Virus record (IMG/VR): IMGVR_UViG_3300047539_000147
Length of the DNA stretch: 64,000 bases
Strand: one strand, 5' to 3'
Source: an uncultured virus (IMG/VR IMGVR_UViG_3300047539_000147)
Lineage: Duplodnaviria; Heunggongvirae; Uroviricota; Caudoviricetes
The position numbers were made by a program, and so were the translations under genes. The notes below the pieces were generated by a model. The model had not been told where the DNA came from and did not search any database. It saw only the letters and a list, made by a program, of their open reading frames with translations. Below, piece by piece: positions 30,848 through 41,248 of this stretch; position 1 is the first letter of the stretch; every line of letters starts with the position of its first letter.

Positions 30848-31453
30848 TTCCGGGTCTTCGTCGGCCTCGATGGCCAGTTGCGCGATGACTTCGGACACCG
30901 CCGCCGACTTGTGAACGATGGGCACGGTGCCGGCGTAGCCGTCGTGCGAGATGTGCAGCTTGTCGTAGAGCGCGCCGCTCGGCTCCAGGAACGCGCGCGT
31001 CTCGACCGACCGCCGCGCGGCCACGACGCTGGTCGAAGCCCGCTCGTGGTCCTGCATCTCCTTGGCGGTGGGCATCCGTAGCACGTGAACTACTCGCGTG
31101 CCAGGGATCTTCATCTCGATCCTGTAATTGATACCTTCGCGCTCGACGTTGGCCACGGCGCACCGCTCAATGCGGCCGATCACCATGCCGGCCTCGGCAT
31201 CATCGAAGGCGGGGCCGTCCTTGTCCGTGCGGATCTTGGCGAATAACTCCGCGTTGATCTTGGGCAGGTCCACGTCTTCGCTCTGCGACTTCCCACGCCC
31301 CAGGAAATGGCGCACGGTGCGCTGCGCACGAGCCCAGGCGCACCACTCCTCGTCCGAGGGGAACCGCACCTCGCAGCTCTTCTCGCCGCCCGACAGGATC
31401 GGCACCACAAACGGCTTCGACGCATCGAAGCCCGCTTTCTTTTCGATTTCCAT
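30845..31453 (-). CDS. Tail assembly chaperone (gpG-like)
   Basis: Directly downstream of tail tube gene, AGGAG RBS, ends DEDPE. Confidence 0.6.
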   Translation of the reverse strand: MEIEKKAGFDASKPFVVPILSGGEKSCEVRFPSDEEWCAWARAQRTVRHFLGRGKSQSEDVDLPKINAELFAKIRTDKDGPAFDDAEAGMVIGRIERCAVANVEREGINYRIEMKIPGTRVVHVLRMPTAKEMQDHERASTSVVAARRSVETRAFLEPSGALYDKLHISHDGYAGTVPIVHKSAAVSEVIAQLAIEADEDPE

Positions 31454-31462
31454 GTGAATCTC

Positions 31463-32490
31463 CTACTGGCAGATGCCCTGTAGCGGCGTGGTGATGGTCA
31501 TCGTCACCATCCCGTTGGTGGGGTCGTAGAGTTGAACGCCGGTGATCTGGAGCGTCACGATGCCATCCGTGTTTCCGAGTTCGGCGACGTTGAAGCCCAT
31601 CTTCTGGATGAGCATCGTGAACGAGTTGTTGGCGTCGCGGGTCATGGTGAACGTGGCCGTCCCGGTGGTCAGGTTGATCAGGTTCGAGTACTCGGTCGAT
31701 CCCGCCTGCACGCGCACCACAAACTGCACCGCGAAGGCGCGGTCACCCCACTCGAAACGCCCTGGATCTGGTAGCCATCCTGAGCTCCCGAGCCGGGGAA
31801 GAAGCCGGGCCGGAAGTTGTTTTCCCAGGAGGCTTCCATCGACACGAACTGCTTGGCGCTGCCGCCGGAAAGGTAGTTGATGCCGTTGAAGGTCAGAGCG
31901 CTGATCATGCCGGCATTGAATTCATGCGGCGTGGAGATGGCTGGCAGCGTGATGCCGCTGGGCGAAGTGTACTGGCCGGTGGTGACGCACTCCACCGAGC
32001 ACATCGCGCTGGCGCGGCCAGGCGAGTTCTTGATGGAGAGCTTCCAGCCCTTGACCGCGCAGCCCACCAGCATTTCGTCCAGCACCGCAGAGCCACCGGG
32101 CCGGATCTGCTGCACGAACGAGAAGTAGGGCAACTCCAGGCCGGTCGGGTTCGTGGCTCCCAGCGCCGGAACGATGATGTACGTGTACGGACCACTGCCG
32201 CTCATGACGACGTTGCCCATGGAGAAGGACATCGCCCACGCGAGGAACTCCGACGAGGCGTACTTCGAGAGCTCGTAGGCCGGCATGTTGTAATGCGACT
32301 TGAAGAGCTGCGTCGGGAACTCGTGGCCCTTACCGATTTCCGCCCGGTCATCCTCGTTCACGGGGACCTTCGCCCACGGTTTGGTATTGAGATTCGTGTG
32401 ACGCCAGATGGTGGCGACCAGATTCGCCGTTCCGATGGCGGTCTGTTTGCCGAATCCCCAACCGTTCAGCAATTCACTGATGTTCGCCAT
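31463..32490 (-). CDS. Major tail tube protein, frameshift near 31760
   Basis: MANISELL.. beta-rich ORF plus C-terminal ORF 31463-31729; position after connector genes. Confidence 0.7.
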
Positions 32491-32491
32491 G

Positions 32492-32647
32492 CTACTTTTC
32501 CTCCTCAGCCACAACTACCGGCTTCTGCGCCGCCGCCGGCGCGGGAACCTGATGCCACCCGGACGCCATGCGGGGCGTCAGCGCTTCGGTGGTCGCCTCG
32601 ACTTCCTTCACTTCGCCATCCGGCGATCTCATAAAAATGGTCTCCAT
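32492..32647 (-). CDS. 51-aa phage hypothetical protein (not in ORF track)
   Basis: METIFMRSPDGEVKEVEA..EEEK; GAGGA RBS; fills the gap between flanking genes. Confidence 0.65.
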   Translation of the reverse strand: METIFMRSPDGEVKEVEATTEALTPRMASGWHQVPAPAAAQKPVVVAEEEK

Positions 32648-32654
32648 GTTGTCC

Positions 32655-33158
32655 TCATTCCCCGCCGGGATTGCCTTGCTCCACGAGCGTTGCTTGCACC
32701 TCGAAGTAATCGAGGGTCGCCCCGTCCGCGCTCACCACAACCGTGTTTCGCTGCGCGGAGGGCAGATCCATGTCCATCGGGTAGCAATCGGGATCGATCT
32801 GGAAATGCAGAAGCGACGCCCACGATGGAGCACCCGTTGGTATTGCGCTCACCAGCAGCCAGAACAGATCGGCATACGTCGCGGTGGAATTCTGTTCCGG
32901 CGCCCGCAAGTAGATCGAGAAGCGATGCGCGAAGTGCAGTGATCCGCCAGTGAGACGCCGCGGCGTGGTGCCATTCCAGGCAACCAGAATCGAGCCGGGC
33001 GGCATCTGTAGGATGGCCAGCCGAAGATTGTTGTCGGTAGCCAGCCCTTCCATGAATGCGCGGATGTTGTCGCCGTCGCCGCCCAGCGCATCGACCAAGT
33101 CCGGGCAGGACTGGAGCGCAGTCACCCACTCGCCAAGTATTGTTTTCGGATTGATCAC
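32655..33158 (-). CDS. Putative tail terminator / completion protein
   Basis: Size and position before tail tube; GTG start VINPKTIL. Confidence 0.5.
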   Translation of the reverse strand: MINPKTILGEWVTALQSCPDLVDALGGDGDNIRAFMEGLATDNNLRLAILQMPPGSILVAWNGTTPRRLTGGSLHFAHRFSIYLRAPEQNSTATYADLFWLLVSAIPTGAPSWASLLHFQIDPDCYPMDMDLPSAQRNTVVVSADGATLDYFEVQATLVEQGNPGGE

Positions 33159-33165
33159 GGAACCG

Positions 33166-33492
33166 TCAACTCGCGCGCTGCAGCAGTGCCAGGTTGAGCA
33201 TGCCGTAGGCATCCGGCTGCCGCACCGTCGTCACCACGTACTGCGCACCCCACGCGGTCACCCAATCGCCCTTTGCCGGCGGGTTTGCAAAGTTGGACGG
33301 ATTGACAGAGATCTCTTCGAAGTTCGCCATCGCGCCGGACTCCTCGCGCACGCGCAGATGGCGCACCGCCGTCACCGTGAACGCGCTTCCCTGCGCCGCG
33401 CCTGCTTGCACCGGTTGGTACACCACCGGCTCGCCGAACGTCTGCGAAATGACGCCGTCCACGAACGCTTCAATGCTGGGCCAGTTCGGCAT
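33166..33492 (-). CDS. Head-tail joining protein (gpFII-like)
   Basis: FGEPVVY..PAKGDWV..YVV..D.YGM pattern, 108 aa. Confidence 0.7.
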   Translation of the reverse strand: MPNWPSIEAFVDGVISQTFGEPVVYQPVQAGAAQGSAFTVTAVRHLRVREESGAMANFEEISVNPSNFANPPAKGDWVTAWGAQYVVTTVRQPDAYGMLNLALLQRAS

Positions 33493-33493
33493 C

Positions 33494-33820
33494 TCACGTC
33501 CAGTAGGCGACGATCAGTCCTTCGCCCGCGTTGTTGGCATCGACGTAGTAGTCCGATGGCACCAGCAAATGCCTGGAGTCTTCCGCCCAGATGTCGAATG
33601 AATCCGCGACGCCGCCACCCGAACCCGTGGGCCAGAACTCCTTGACCACGCCCGTAGCGTTGGCCTTGTTCATGCCGGAGACGCCGAGAAACACACGCCC
33701 CGTATCGCCGATGGCCGCCGCGAAGCGCATCCGCTCCACGCGCAGATTCGTGTCACTGGTAACGGGCACGGGCGTACCCGGCGTCGGGACGGGGATCTTG
33801 CCGAACGATTTTGCTTTCAT
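33494..33820 (-). CDS. Phage hypothetical (probably virion) protein
   Basis: Beta-rich 108-aa ORF tightly packed in head operon. Confidence 0.6.
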   Translation of the reverse strand: MKAKSFGKIPVPTPGTPVPVTSDTNLRVERMRFAAAIGDTGRVFLGVSGMNKANATGVVKEFWPTGSGGGVADSFDIWAEDSRHLLVPSDYYVDANNAGEGLIVAYWT

Positions 33821-33825
33821 CGGAA

Positions 33826-34134
33826 TTAGAGCCAGGCCAGGATCTTGTACTTCGCGCTGGTGGTCACCGTCACCTTCACGTTGGTCGAGTCGTGCGTTCC
33901 CTCGGTCACCGTGAAGACGTTGGCACTCCCGCTGTTGTCGGCGCAGGAGACCAGCACGCCCGCAGGCACCGCCCCCAGGCCGTGCGCGATGCTCTGCTGC
34001 GCGCCATTGCCGGTTTGCACTGCCGACAAGAACTGCTTCTGCTTCGATGGGTAGCTGCCTTTGAAGTTGGGCTGCGGACCCGCGCTCTGAAACTCCGGAG
34101 CGTTAATGGGCGTTTTTTCCACTTTGATTGCCAT
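33826..34134 (-). CDS. Phage hypothetical (probably virion) protein
   Basis: AGGAG RBS; IAHGLGAVP motif seen in fibre/H-type lectin-like folds. Confidence 0.6.
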   Translation of the reverse strand: MAIKVEKTPINAPEFQSAGPQPNFKGSYPSKQKQFLSAVQTGNGAQQSIAHGLGAVPAGVLVSCADNSGSANVFTVTEGTHDSTNVKVTVTTSAKYKILAWL

Positions 34135-34393
34135 GCCTCTTCTCCTTTCCGGGTTTAGCCGGTTCTTGTTTGGGAAGCTTGGAGAACGCCCGCTCCGCTT
34201 CTGCCTGCGTCCCGATCCGGCGTTGCTCGTAAAGCTGCCGCGCGCGCGTCAACTGGACCTTGTTTGTGGCATCGGGAGCGGGATACTCATCGCCGATGTC
34301 TGACGGCGTAAAGCCCTGCAACGGGCGCAGGACGTAAAGCGGCGGAACCAGGCTTCTGGTCAGCCGCGCCCACGATTCACGACGAAGCATCAT
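34103..34393 (-). CDS. Phage hypothetical protein
   Basis: MMLRRESWARL.. begins 2 nt after capsid stop. Confidence 0.55.
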   Translation of the reverse strand: MMLRRESWARLTRSLVPPLYVLRPLQGFTPSDIGDEYPAPDATNKVQLTRARQLYEQRRIGTQAEAERAFSKLPKQEPAKPGKEKRHGNQSGKNAH

Positions 34394-34395
34394 GG

Positions 34396-35409
34396 CTACA
34401 CCGCCGAGATCACGTTGTTGAAGTAGAACCCGAGATCCGCAGAGACCAGGCGCATATCGAACGCCGAGTCGATCTCCACGCGATCCGAAGCCAGGTGCTC
34501 CATGCGGAAAGTCTTGATGCGGACGCCGGCGCCGCCGGTCGTTCCGATCAGGCCCGTCCAGTTGAACACGTACCCCGCGCTGGGAGTCATCAAGCCCGCG
34601 TTCTTCGGACGGTAGAACAGCGCCGCGCTCAGGCCGCCGATGAACGAGTTGGATTCGGCCGCGCCTTCCGCCGCCGTGTTGTAGACGGCGTCGATGACCA
34701 GGACCTCTTCGAGTTCGAGAATCTCGGCCATGATCTGACGGGTGGCCACTGCCGGGTTCGGCGCGGTCTGGCCGTACTTGGTGCGGTCGATGAAGTCGGG
34801 GTGATCGACGAGCTTGTCGAACACCGGGCGGCTCACCACGAAGATGTTCGGCGCGAAGCCGCCGCTCGACAGCCGCATCTGGGTCTTCGCGTGGCGAATG
34901 TCCGTGATGGGGTTGCCGTTCGGATAGTTCCCGGAGTCCCAGTAGACGACGTGCGTGGAGTCCGCGGTCGCCTGGCCACTGGCCTGATTGGTCCAGATCC
35001 CGGTGCCGAAGAACTTCGAGACCCACTGGTTCTCACGCCGGATCAGCGCCTTCTGGGTGAGGAAGATGGTGGCGTCGCGGTCGGGGGCGAGCGGCGAGTC
35101 GCTGTTGGAGCGGATCTGGTCATCCACGTCCTTGTGCAGCGACCAGACGTCGCAGTTGTACGTGCCGGTGGAATTCAGGTTGTAACCCGTCCCGGCGGAT
35201 TCAGCGGAAAGCGCGCGCTTCTGCATCTCGTCGCGGTTGAAATCCGCCCGCGCGTAGGTGTAGTACAGGTCGCTTTTGTTTTCGACCGGGACCGCCGGAA
35301 AGGCCTTGTCCGCGACGAATTCAACTCCGGCGGCCTCCTGAAGGTAGGCCACGGAGATGTTCGTCAGCGGTCGGTTGACGTGAACGTCTTGTAGTGTTGG
35401 CTGAGGCAT
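34396..35409 (-). CDS. Major capsid protein
   Basis: VHVNRPLTNISVAY N-terminus, 337 aa, after decoration gene, strong AAGGAG RBS. Confidence 0.88.
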   Translation of the reverse strand: MPQPTLQDVHVNRPLTNISVAYLQEAAGVEFVADKAFPAVPVENKSDLYYTYARADFNRDEMQKRALSAESAGTGYNLNSTGTYNCDVWSLHKDVDDQIRSNSDSPLAPDRDATIFLTQKALIRRENQWVSKFFGTGIWTNQASGQATADSTHVVYWDSGNYPNGNPITDIRHAKTQMRLSSGGFAPNIFVVSRPVFDKLVDHPDFIDRTKYGQTAPNPAVATRQIMAEILELEEVLVIDAVYNTAAEGAAESNSFIGGLSAALFYRPKNAGLMTPSAGYVFNWTGLIGTTGGAGVRIKTFRMEHLASDRVEIDSAFDMRLVSADLGFYFNNVISAV

Positions 35410-35436
35410 TTGTGATTTCTCCTTGTTTGTGAACGG

Positions 35437-35820
35437 CTACATCTTGTACGGGCCGAGAAGCAGCGCGGGAATGATCACGCCAGCGCCCCCCGATGCCGCC
35501 AGTGCGCGCGCCCGCACGAAATTGCCACTGGTCGCCGTGATGGCCTGACCGCTGGCGTTGGCCATGAGCGGGTCGCCGTTGTTGACGGCAGCGCCGGTCA
35601 CCAGCTTGGTGATGCCGAGGATGGCGACCTCGCCCTCGACTCCCTGCGCGTTGGGCTTGTCCTGGACCACGCCATCGGCGACGGCGCCAGCGCCCGTGAA
35701 GTTGATCTGCCCGGACGCGTTGACGGTCACGAGGTAGAACTGCGGATTCACAGTTCCACCGCTGGTGAGGTCTGCCGCCGCCGGAAGCCCTACTGTGCGT
35801 AATGTCTGTTCGAATGCCAT
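35437..35820 (-). CDS. Capsid decoration/cement protein (DUF2190-like)
   Basis: Ala/Gly-rich 127 aa, GAAVNNGDPLMANASGQAI. Confidence 0.75.
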   Translation of the reverse strand: MAFEQTLRTVGLPAAADLTSGGTVNPQFYLVTVNASGQINFTGAGAVADGVVQDKPNAQGVEGEVAILGITKLVTGAAVNNGDPLMANASGQAITATSGNFVRARALAASGGAGVIIPALLLGPYKM

Positions 35821-35841
35821 GTCTGTTGGTCTCCTTTCGCC

Positions 35842-37515
35842 CTACCGGGCAAGGCGAACGCCAGCCCGTTCGAGCGTGGCGATCAAGCCCTTCGCGTTGT
35901 GCTGCGCCACGAACGCGCCGTAAACCTCGGGATGCTCTTCGAGCATGAGGGCGTAGGCGCGCTCCTTGGTCAGCTTGGTGGTACCGCTTTCGGCGTAAAG
36001 ATTCGGAGTCTCTTTGCCGCGATTCTGGCGGGCGTAGCTGGTGGCTTGGGCTTCGATTTCCTGAAGCGAACCAACCGCGCCCTGGTTCGGGTTGACGTGC
36101 GAAGTAATCATGCTCCTCTCGCTTTCCATCACGCGGGCGGCTGTCAGCTCTTCGCTGATTTCCGCCACGCTGAAGTATTGGCCCGTGGACTTCTTCTTGG
36201 TGAGGAACTCCGCGGCCTTGTCGGGACAACCGGCCATCTTGCACAGCGCGCCGATGGCTTCGATGTCGCCTTCCGGACGCATCCTGAGCGGCACGCCGGC
36301 CAAGGCAGCGACGCCGGCGAGCGGAGCCATGCCCTCCGGTTTCTTGGCGTCGCTCTTTGCGCCCTCGCCGCAGGCATGGCAGTACTCCGCGCCTTTGCGC
36401 AGCTCGGCACCGCAGGCGTGGCAGAACTTACCGGACGCCTCGCCTTCGGCCTTCGTGCCGCAGGCATGGCAGAACGTTGCGTCTGCGTGGAGCTTGGTTC
36501 CGCACGCGTGGCAGTACTTCGGTTCGGTGTTGGTCTTCTCGTCGCCGCCACCGTCGCCCGGCTTCTTACCCTCGGCGGCGATTGTGAGCGTTTCGTTGGG
36601 CATACTTGCTGTAACCTCCTTGGTTGTGGATCTTGCGGCAATCGCCGCCGTTGAACTCTGGACAGGCTCGCCGAGCAGTTGACGAAGCGCGTTCATGGCA
36701 TCGCCCAGCGTTCCGACTTCGTCGGCCAGCAGCGGAATGGCCGTCTCGGCCCAGCAGACGCCGGCCTGTGTCGCGATGATCTTTTCTGCGTCGGCCTTCC
36801 GGTTCCGCGCGACCGTTGCTACGAACTGGTCGTACTGCCGGTCAATCTCGGACTGGATGTCTTTCTCGGCCCGCTCCGACAGCGGTTCATGCGGGTTCCC
36901 ATCGACCTTCCTGTCGCCTTTGAAGATGTAGGTGTACTTGAACCCCTGCTCGTCGTTGAACTTCGAATCCTCCGTGTGGAGCACGACGACGCCAACGGAC
37001 CCGACCGCTCCCATGCGCGTGACGAAGATCCTGTCGGCCGCGCTGGTCAGCGCGTAGGCCGCCGAGAACGCGAAGTCGTCAGCGACCGCGTAGATCGGCT
37101 TCGCGCCGCGAAGCGAGTAGATGTAGTCGGACAGCTCCAGGCATCCGGTGGTCTCGCCGCCCGGCGAATCAACCTGCAGGAGAATCGCCCGCACTCCGGC
37201 GTCGTTCACCGCGTCCTGAAGGTAGCCCCCGATCTGCGCGTAGGAGCTGCAACCACTCAGCGCCGAAACCCAGGATTCCGCTTTCGTCAGCACGCCCTGG
37301 ATCGGAATGATCGCCACGCCGTCGATCACCTGGTAGCCGCTGTCGTCGGCCTGCTCCATGTACGCCGCGGCGAACGGTTCCGCGGGCTTCACGCCGGCCA
37401 CCGGAATGATCCCCAGCCGTGGCCCCAGCGCCTGGACTATCACGTCCAGCTTGGGCGGGTGAATCATGAGCGGCGTGTTCACAAACCGCGATGCAACACG
37501 AGTCAGATCCCTCAT
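35842..37515 (-). CDS. S49 head maturation protease/scaffold (gpC-like) with inserted zinc-ribbon repeats
   Basis: VDSPGG, FSAAYAL, VGSVGV; four CHACG motifs. Confidence 0.9.
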   Translation of the reverse strand: MRDLTRVASRFVNTPLMIHPPKLDVIVQALGPRLGIIPVAGVKPAEPFAAAYMEQADDSGYQVIDGVAIIPIQGVLTKAESWVSALSGCSSYAQIGGYLQDAVNDAGVRAILLQVDSPGGETTGCLELSDYIYSLRGAKPIYAVADDFAFSAAYALTSAADRIFVTRMGAVGSVGVVVLHTEDSKFNDEQGFKYTYIFKGDRKVDGNPHEPLSERAEKDIQSEIDRQYDQFVATVARNRKADAEKIIATQAGVCWAETAIPLLADEVGTLGDAMNALRQLLGEPVQSSTAAIAARSTTKEVTASMPNETLTIAAEGKKPGDGGGDEKTNTEPKYCHACGTKLHADATFCHACGTKAEGEASGKFCHACGAELRKGAEYCHACGEGAKSDAKKPEGMAPLAGVAALAGVPLRMRPEGDIEAIGALCKMAGCPDKAAEFLTKKKSTGQYFSVAEISEELTAARVMESERSMITSHVNPNQGAVGSLQEIEAQATSYARQNRGKETPNLYAESGTTKLTKERAYALMLEEHPEVYGAFVAQHNAKGLIATLERAGVRLAR

Positions 37516-39111
37516 GGCTTCACGTCCACCTCTCCCTTGCTCGCGTCCTGCTGGATCTCGGCTTCCGTCAATCCGGCGTTGCGCCCGGTCAGGACCTTCC
37601 GGCCATCGCTGTCGTAGGACAGCCCAAGCTTGTCGGCTCGCTTGTTGTCCGCTGCCTGCTCCGCATCCACGGCACCGGCGTCGCGCCCTTGTGCCGCCAC
37701 CTCGGTGGAACGCGTGGATAGGCCGCTGCGGATGGCGTCGTTGGAAGCCTTGATGTCCTTCTCCGGGTCAACCCACGGCCAGCCGGGCGTTACCCACTGC
37801 ACTTCCTCGAATGGCTCGGGATCTTTGCTGTACGCGTTCAGTAGATCAATGCCGAACACCAGCGCCAGCATCGCCTCGCGCAGCCAGCGCTTATAAACCG
37901 GGTGGCAGACCTGGAAGATGAAAACCGAATGCTGATACTGCTCGCACTTGCGGCGGAACTCCAGCAGGCCGGCGCGGATCGAAGAGTAGTTGATCCCCGA
38001 CAGGTCGCCGCTGATCTGATACTCGGCGAGCCCGGCGCCACTCGAAAAAGCTTGCAGGCACGTCCGGATGAACGATTTGAAATCGCCGCTGTCCTTCGCT
38101 TCGGCAAACTGCACCTCTTCGCCGAAGTTCAGAACCTGGAACGTGCCGGGTTCGAGCTTGCTGATCTGCGTCCCCGGATCTGTCTGGGTCGGCCCGTTCT
38201 GGTATTGGTCCGGAGGGATGATCGGATTGTCCGGGCTGGCCTGCGTGATGAACCCGGTGATCATCGCCGCGAGCTTCTTGCGGACGATCTCGGCGTCCGT
38301 GTATTGCTCCAGTTCGTAGAGCTTCGCGATCACCGATGTGAGCCACGGCTGCCCCCGGAACTGGCCCGCGCGAATCGGCTTGTAGACGTGCAGCACGTCG
38401 GTGGCTGGCACCCGCTCTACCGAGAGAGCGTCCATCGGGAAAAACATCGTCTCACCCGGATGTGCCTTCCAGAAGTGGTACGCCGCGCGCCGCCCATCGG
38501 TCTGAAACTCGATGCCGCACCGGACTGAGTTGTTCGGCGGCATCCGCTCGACAGCCGTGCGCCACAACGGTAACTGCTCGGCCTCGATGAACTGCAGTTG
38601 CAGCGGAACCGTGAAGCCCTTCCTTCGGGGAACGCGGCCGGAACCGGACGAAGCACTCGCCGGCCTCCATGACCTCGCGAGCAATCACCATCTGCTGCCC
38701 ATAGAAATCCGTCTGGCCCGACGCAGGATTCCGCGGGTCGTACTCGACGTCGCACTCGCGTATCCATCGATTCCACTTCCTGGTGATCAGGTCGCGGATC
38801 TTATCGTCCGGATGGTGCGGCACCAGGCGAATGCCGCGACCAATGGCATTGGCGACGTAGGAATCGACGGCCGCCGCCGCCCACGCGCTGTTTCGAACCG
38901 CGTCCCGGTTGCGCGCCTGCAACTCCAGGCCATGCGAAAACAGGAGCGTGTTGAGGCCGAGGGACGGCGGATTCCATCCCATTCCCCGACGCCCGCGACC
39001 GGCGGCATCGAACGGAAACGTCCCCATCGCGCGGGTACGTGGGACGCGCGGGATCGGCATCGGCTCGTGCCCGGCTTGGCGCGCGAGCGTCATCAACGTT
39101 TCAATTGGCAC
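37512..39111 (-). CDS. Portal protein, lambda family, frameshift near 38620
   Basis: LQARNRDAVRN, PLQLQFIEAE, GDLSGINYSSIRAGLLE, WVDPEKD. Confidence 0.92.
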
Positions 39112-39117
39112 GGCGAT

Positions 39118-39329
39118 TTAGTGGCCCCAACCGTTGGTCGTGTAGATGCGCACCTGGCGCACTTGCTGCGGCCCGGACTGCTGGGCGACGTCGTTCAGGA
39201 TCAGATTCCGGAGTTTCAAGTAGTCATCCACGGAATCGAATTCGAACTCACGATCCTGAAAGCGGACTCGCTCGCGCCCTGCTTGCGCGCGGCGTCGAGA
39301 GCATCGAGGTCGGACTGAGTGAATGCCAT
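39118..39329 (-). CDS. Head completion protein (gpW-like), frameshift near 39272
   Basis: MAFTQSDLDALDAA..RVRFQDREFEFDSVDD; between terminase and portal. Confidence 0.75.
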
Positions 39330-41248
39330 TAGAGATCCATCCTGAAACGCACGCGGTTGCGCGCGGTCTGCCTGCCATCCGTGCGCTGCTGTTGCGGCGG
39401 TTGTTTCACGTCCTGCACTGGAGGCGCGCCCACCCGGCGTTCGAGGTCGCCCCAGTGCTTCTCCTGGAAACGGTCGATGCCGACCCGTCCAGCCGCCGCG
39501 CGAGCATACACGCGGCAATCGAGCGCCTCATTGCGCTCGCGCATCTTTTGCCACTCGTGCCGGCGATAGCCTTTGACGATCTTGGTCACCAACTGTTCGG
39601 CGGTGATCTGCTTGAAGTACTCCTCGCTGTAGCGCGGGAGGTGACAATACCCCGGAGGAAAGGGAGTCCCCTTCGCGAGGTCCTCATCGGTGGGTCGGTC
39701 GAGCCGAAGCCAACGGTACAGTTCCTCTTTGGCCATGCCGGAATTGACCGGCCAAACCCGGACGCCGCGCTTCAGCTTCGCGCCCGCCGGGCCCACCTCC
39801 ACCGGAGACGCCGACCCAATGAGAGCGGGCGTCCGCGAATCGCCTTTGATCACCAGCACGCGCCCGCCCTGCCTTCGCGCCCACTGGTACACCTCGATGG
39901 TGGCGAAGCCCGAATCCACGGCGAGTTGCAGGATCTGCAACTCCAGCCCGGACGCCGTCGGGAACGTCTCACTCAACAGCGCGGTTAGCTTCTCCCAAAC
40001 CTGTGGTCGCGACGTGTCCCCTTCGAGCACCCGGTAATCGACCGACCACGACTCCTTGCCCCGGCCCCACGCGGTAATCTCGACCTCGATGCGGTCCTTC
40101 TGGACATCCGCGCCAGCCGTAAGGAACAGCCCGCCAGGCGGCACGGTGCCGATCTTGTACGACTCGCGCCGGTCATAAAGCTTCTGCCACTCCGGCGCTT
40201 CGCCGAGCAGCGTCCACGTCTCGCCCAGCACGGTGTTGACGAAGACCTGAAGCAACGCCGGGTTCTTCTGCGCCTGCTCGAACTGCTTGGCGGCGTCGCC
40301 CCACGAGAACCAACCGACCGGACTGTACAGGCTGGAGATATGGAAGCCCGCCGTCCTACCGTCGCCTTTCGCGCCGGCCCGCCACTCGCCGCGCGCCAGC
40401 ATGGAGTGCTTTTGGTGGTTGCGAATCTCCTGGCCGCAGTGCTCGCAGACGTAAACCGCACTCTGCGGATCGCCCTTTGGCCACCGCAGTTGCGCGAACT
40501 TCAGGATCTGGAACTCGCGGCACGTCGGACACGGCACCCAGTACTTCCGCTGGTCGCTCTCCTCATACGCCGACTCGATCCGGCTCATGCCGGTGATCTT
40601 CGGTGTCGATACCAGAAACACTTTGCGGCGCGCGAACGTCCGCGTGCGCGCCATCGCCAGCGTGATCGGGTCGCCCTCGCCCTCCACATCACCTGGGTAA
40701 GCGTCCACCTCGTCGAGGAACAGATATCGCGCCGCCATCGACCGCAGGCCGACCGCGCTGTTCGCGCCGGTCATCACCAGCACGCCCCCCGGAAAATCCT
40801 TCGACAGAACCGTGTTGCCGGAATCGCGCGACCTCGGATCGCGGACGAGTTTCCGCAGGACTTCCGACTCTTCGATCAGCGGATCGATGCGCTGCTTCGA
40901 GTTGCGCTTGGCCATCTCGACGGTGGGCTGCACCGCCATCATCGGCCCCGGCGCCTGGTGGATGATGTAGCCCATCCAGTTGTTGCCGCACTCCGTGCCG
41001 CCGATCTGCGCGCCCTTCATGAACACCGTACGCTCGATGAGCGACATGGGCGAAAGGCAATCCATGATCTCGCGCAGATAGGGCGTTCGCTCCGTGCGCC
41101 AGCGCCCGTGCTCTGCGGACGCGCGTTGCGAGAGCCAGCGATAGCGGTCGGCCCACTGCGAAATCGTGAGCAGCGGGTCCGGCCGCGCGCCAGCCGCCGC
41201 GGCTGCACCGTAGATCTCTTCAGCCGTTAGATTCGTCGGCAAAATCAT
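39329..41248 (-). CDS. Terminase large subunit, GpA family
   Basis: RTPYLREIMD, KGAQIGGTE, LFLDEVDAY, STPK, GADVQKDRIE, NEALDCRVYA. Confidence 0.96.
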   Translation of the reverse strand: MILPTNLTAEEIYGAAAAAGARPDPLLTISQWADRYRWLSQRASAEHGRWRTERTPYLREIMDCLSPMSLIERTVFMKGAQIGGTECGNNWMGYIIHQAPGPMMAVQPTVEMAKRNSKQRIDPLIEESEVLRKLVRDPRSRDSGNTVLSKDFPGGVLVMTGANSAVGLRSMAARYLFLDEVDAYPGDVEGEGDPITLAMARTRTFARRKVFLVSTPKITGMSRIESAYEESDQRKYWVPCPTCREFQILKFAQLRWPKGDPQSAVYVCEHCGQEIRNHQKHSMLARGEWRAGAKGDGRTAGFHISSLYSPVGWFSWGDAAKQFEQAQKNPALLQVFVNTVLGETWTLLGEAPEWQKLYDRRESYKIGTVPPGGLFLTAGADVQKDRIEVEITAWGRGKESWSVDYRVLEGDTSRPQVWEKLTALLSETFPTASGLELQILQLAVDSGFATIEVYQWARRQGGRVLVIKGDSRTPALIGSASPVEVGPAGAKLKRGVRVWPVNSGMAKEELYRWLRLDRPTDEDLAKGTPFPPGYCHLPRYSEEYFKQITAEQLVTKIVKGYRRHEWQKMRERNEALDCRVYARAAAGRVGIDRFQEKHWGDLERRVGAPPVQDVKQPPQQQRTDGRQTARNRVRFRMDL

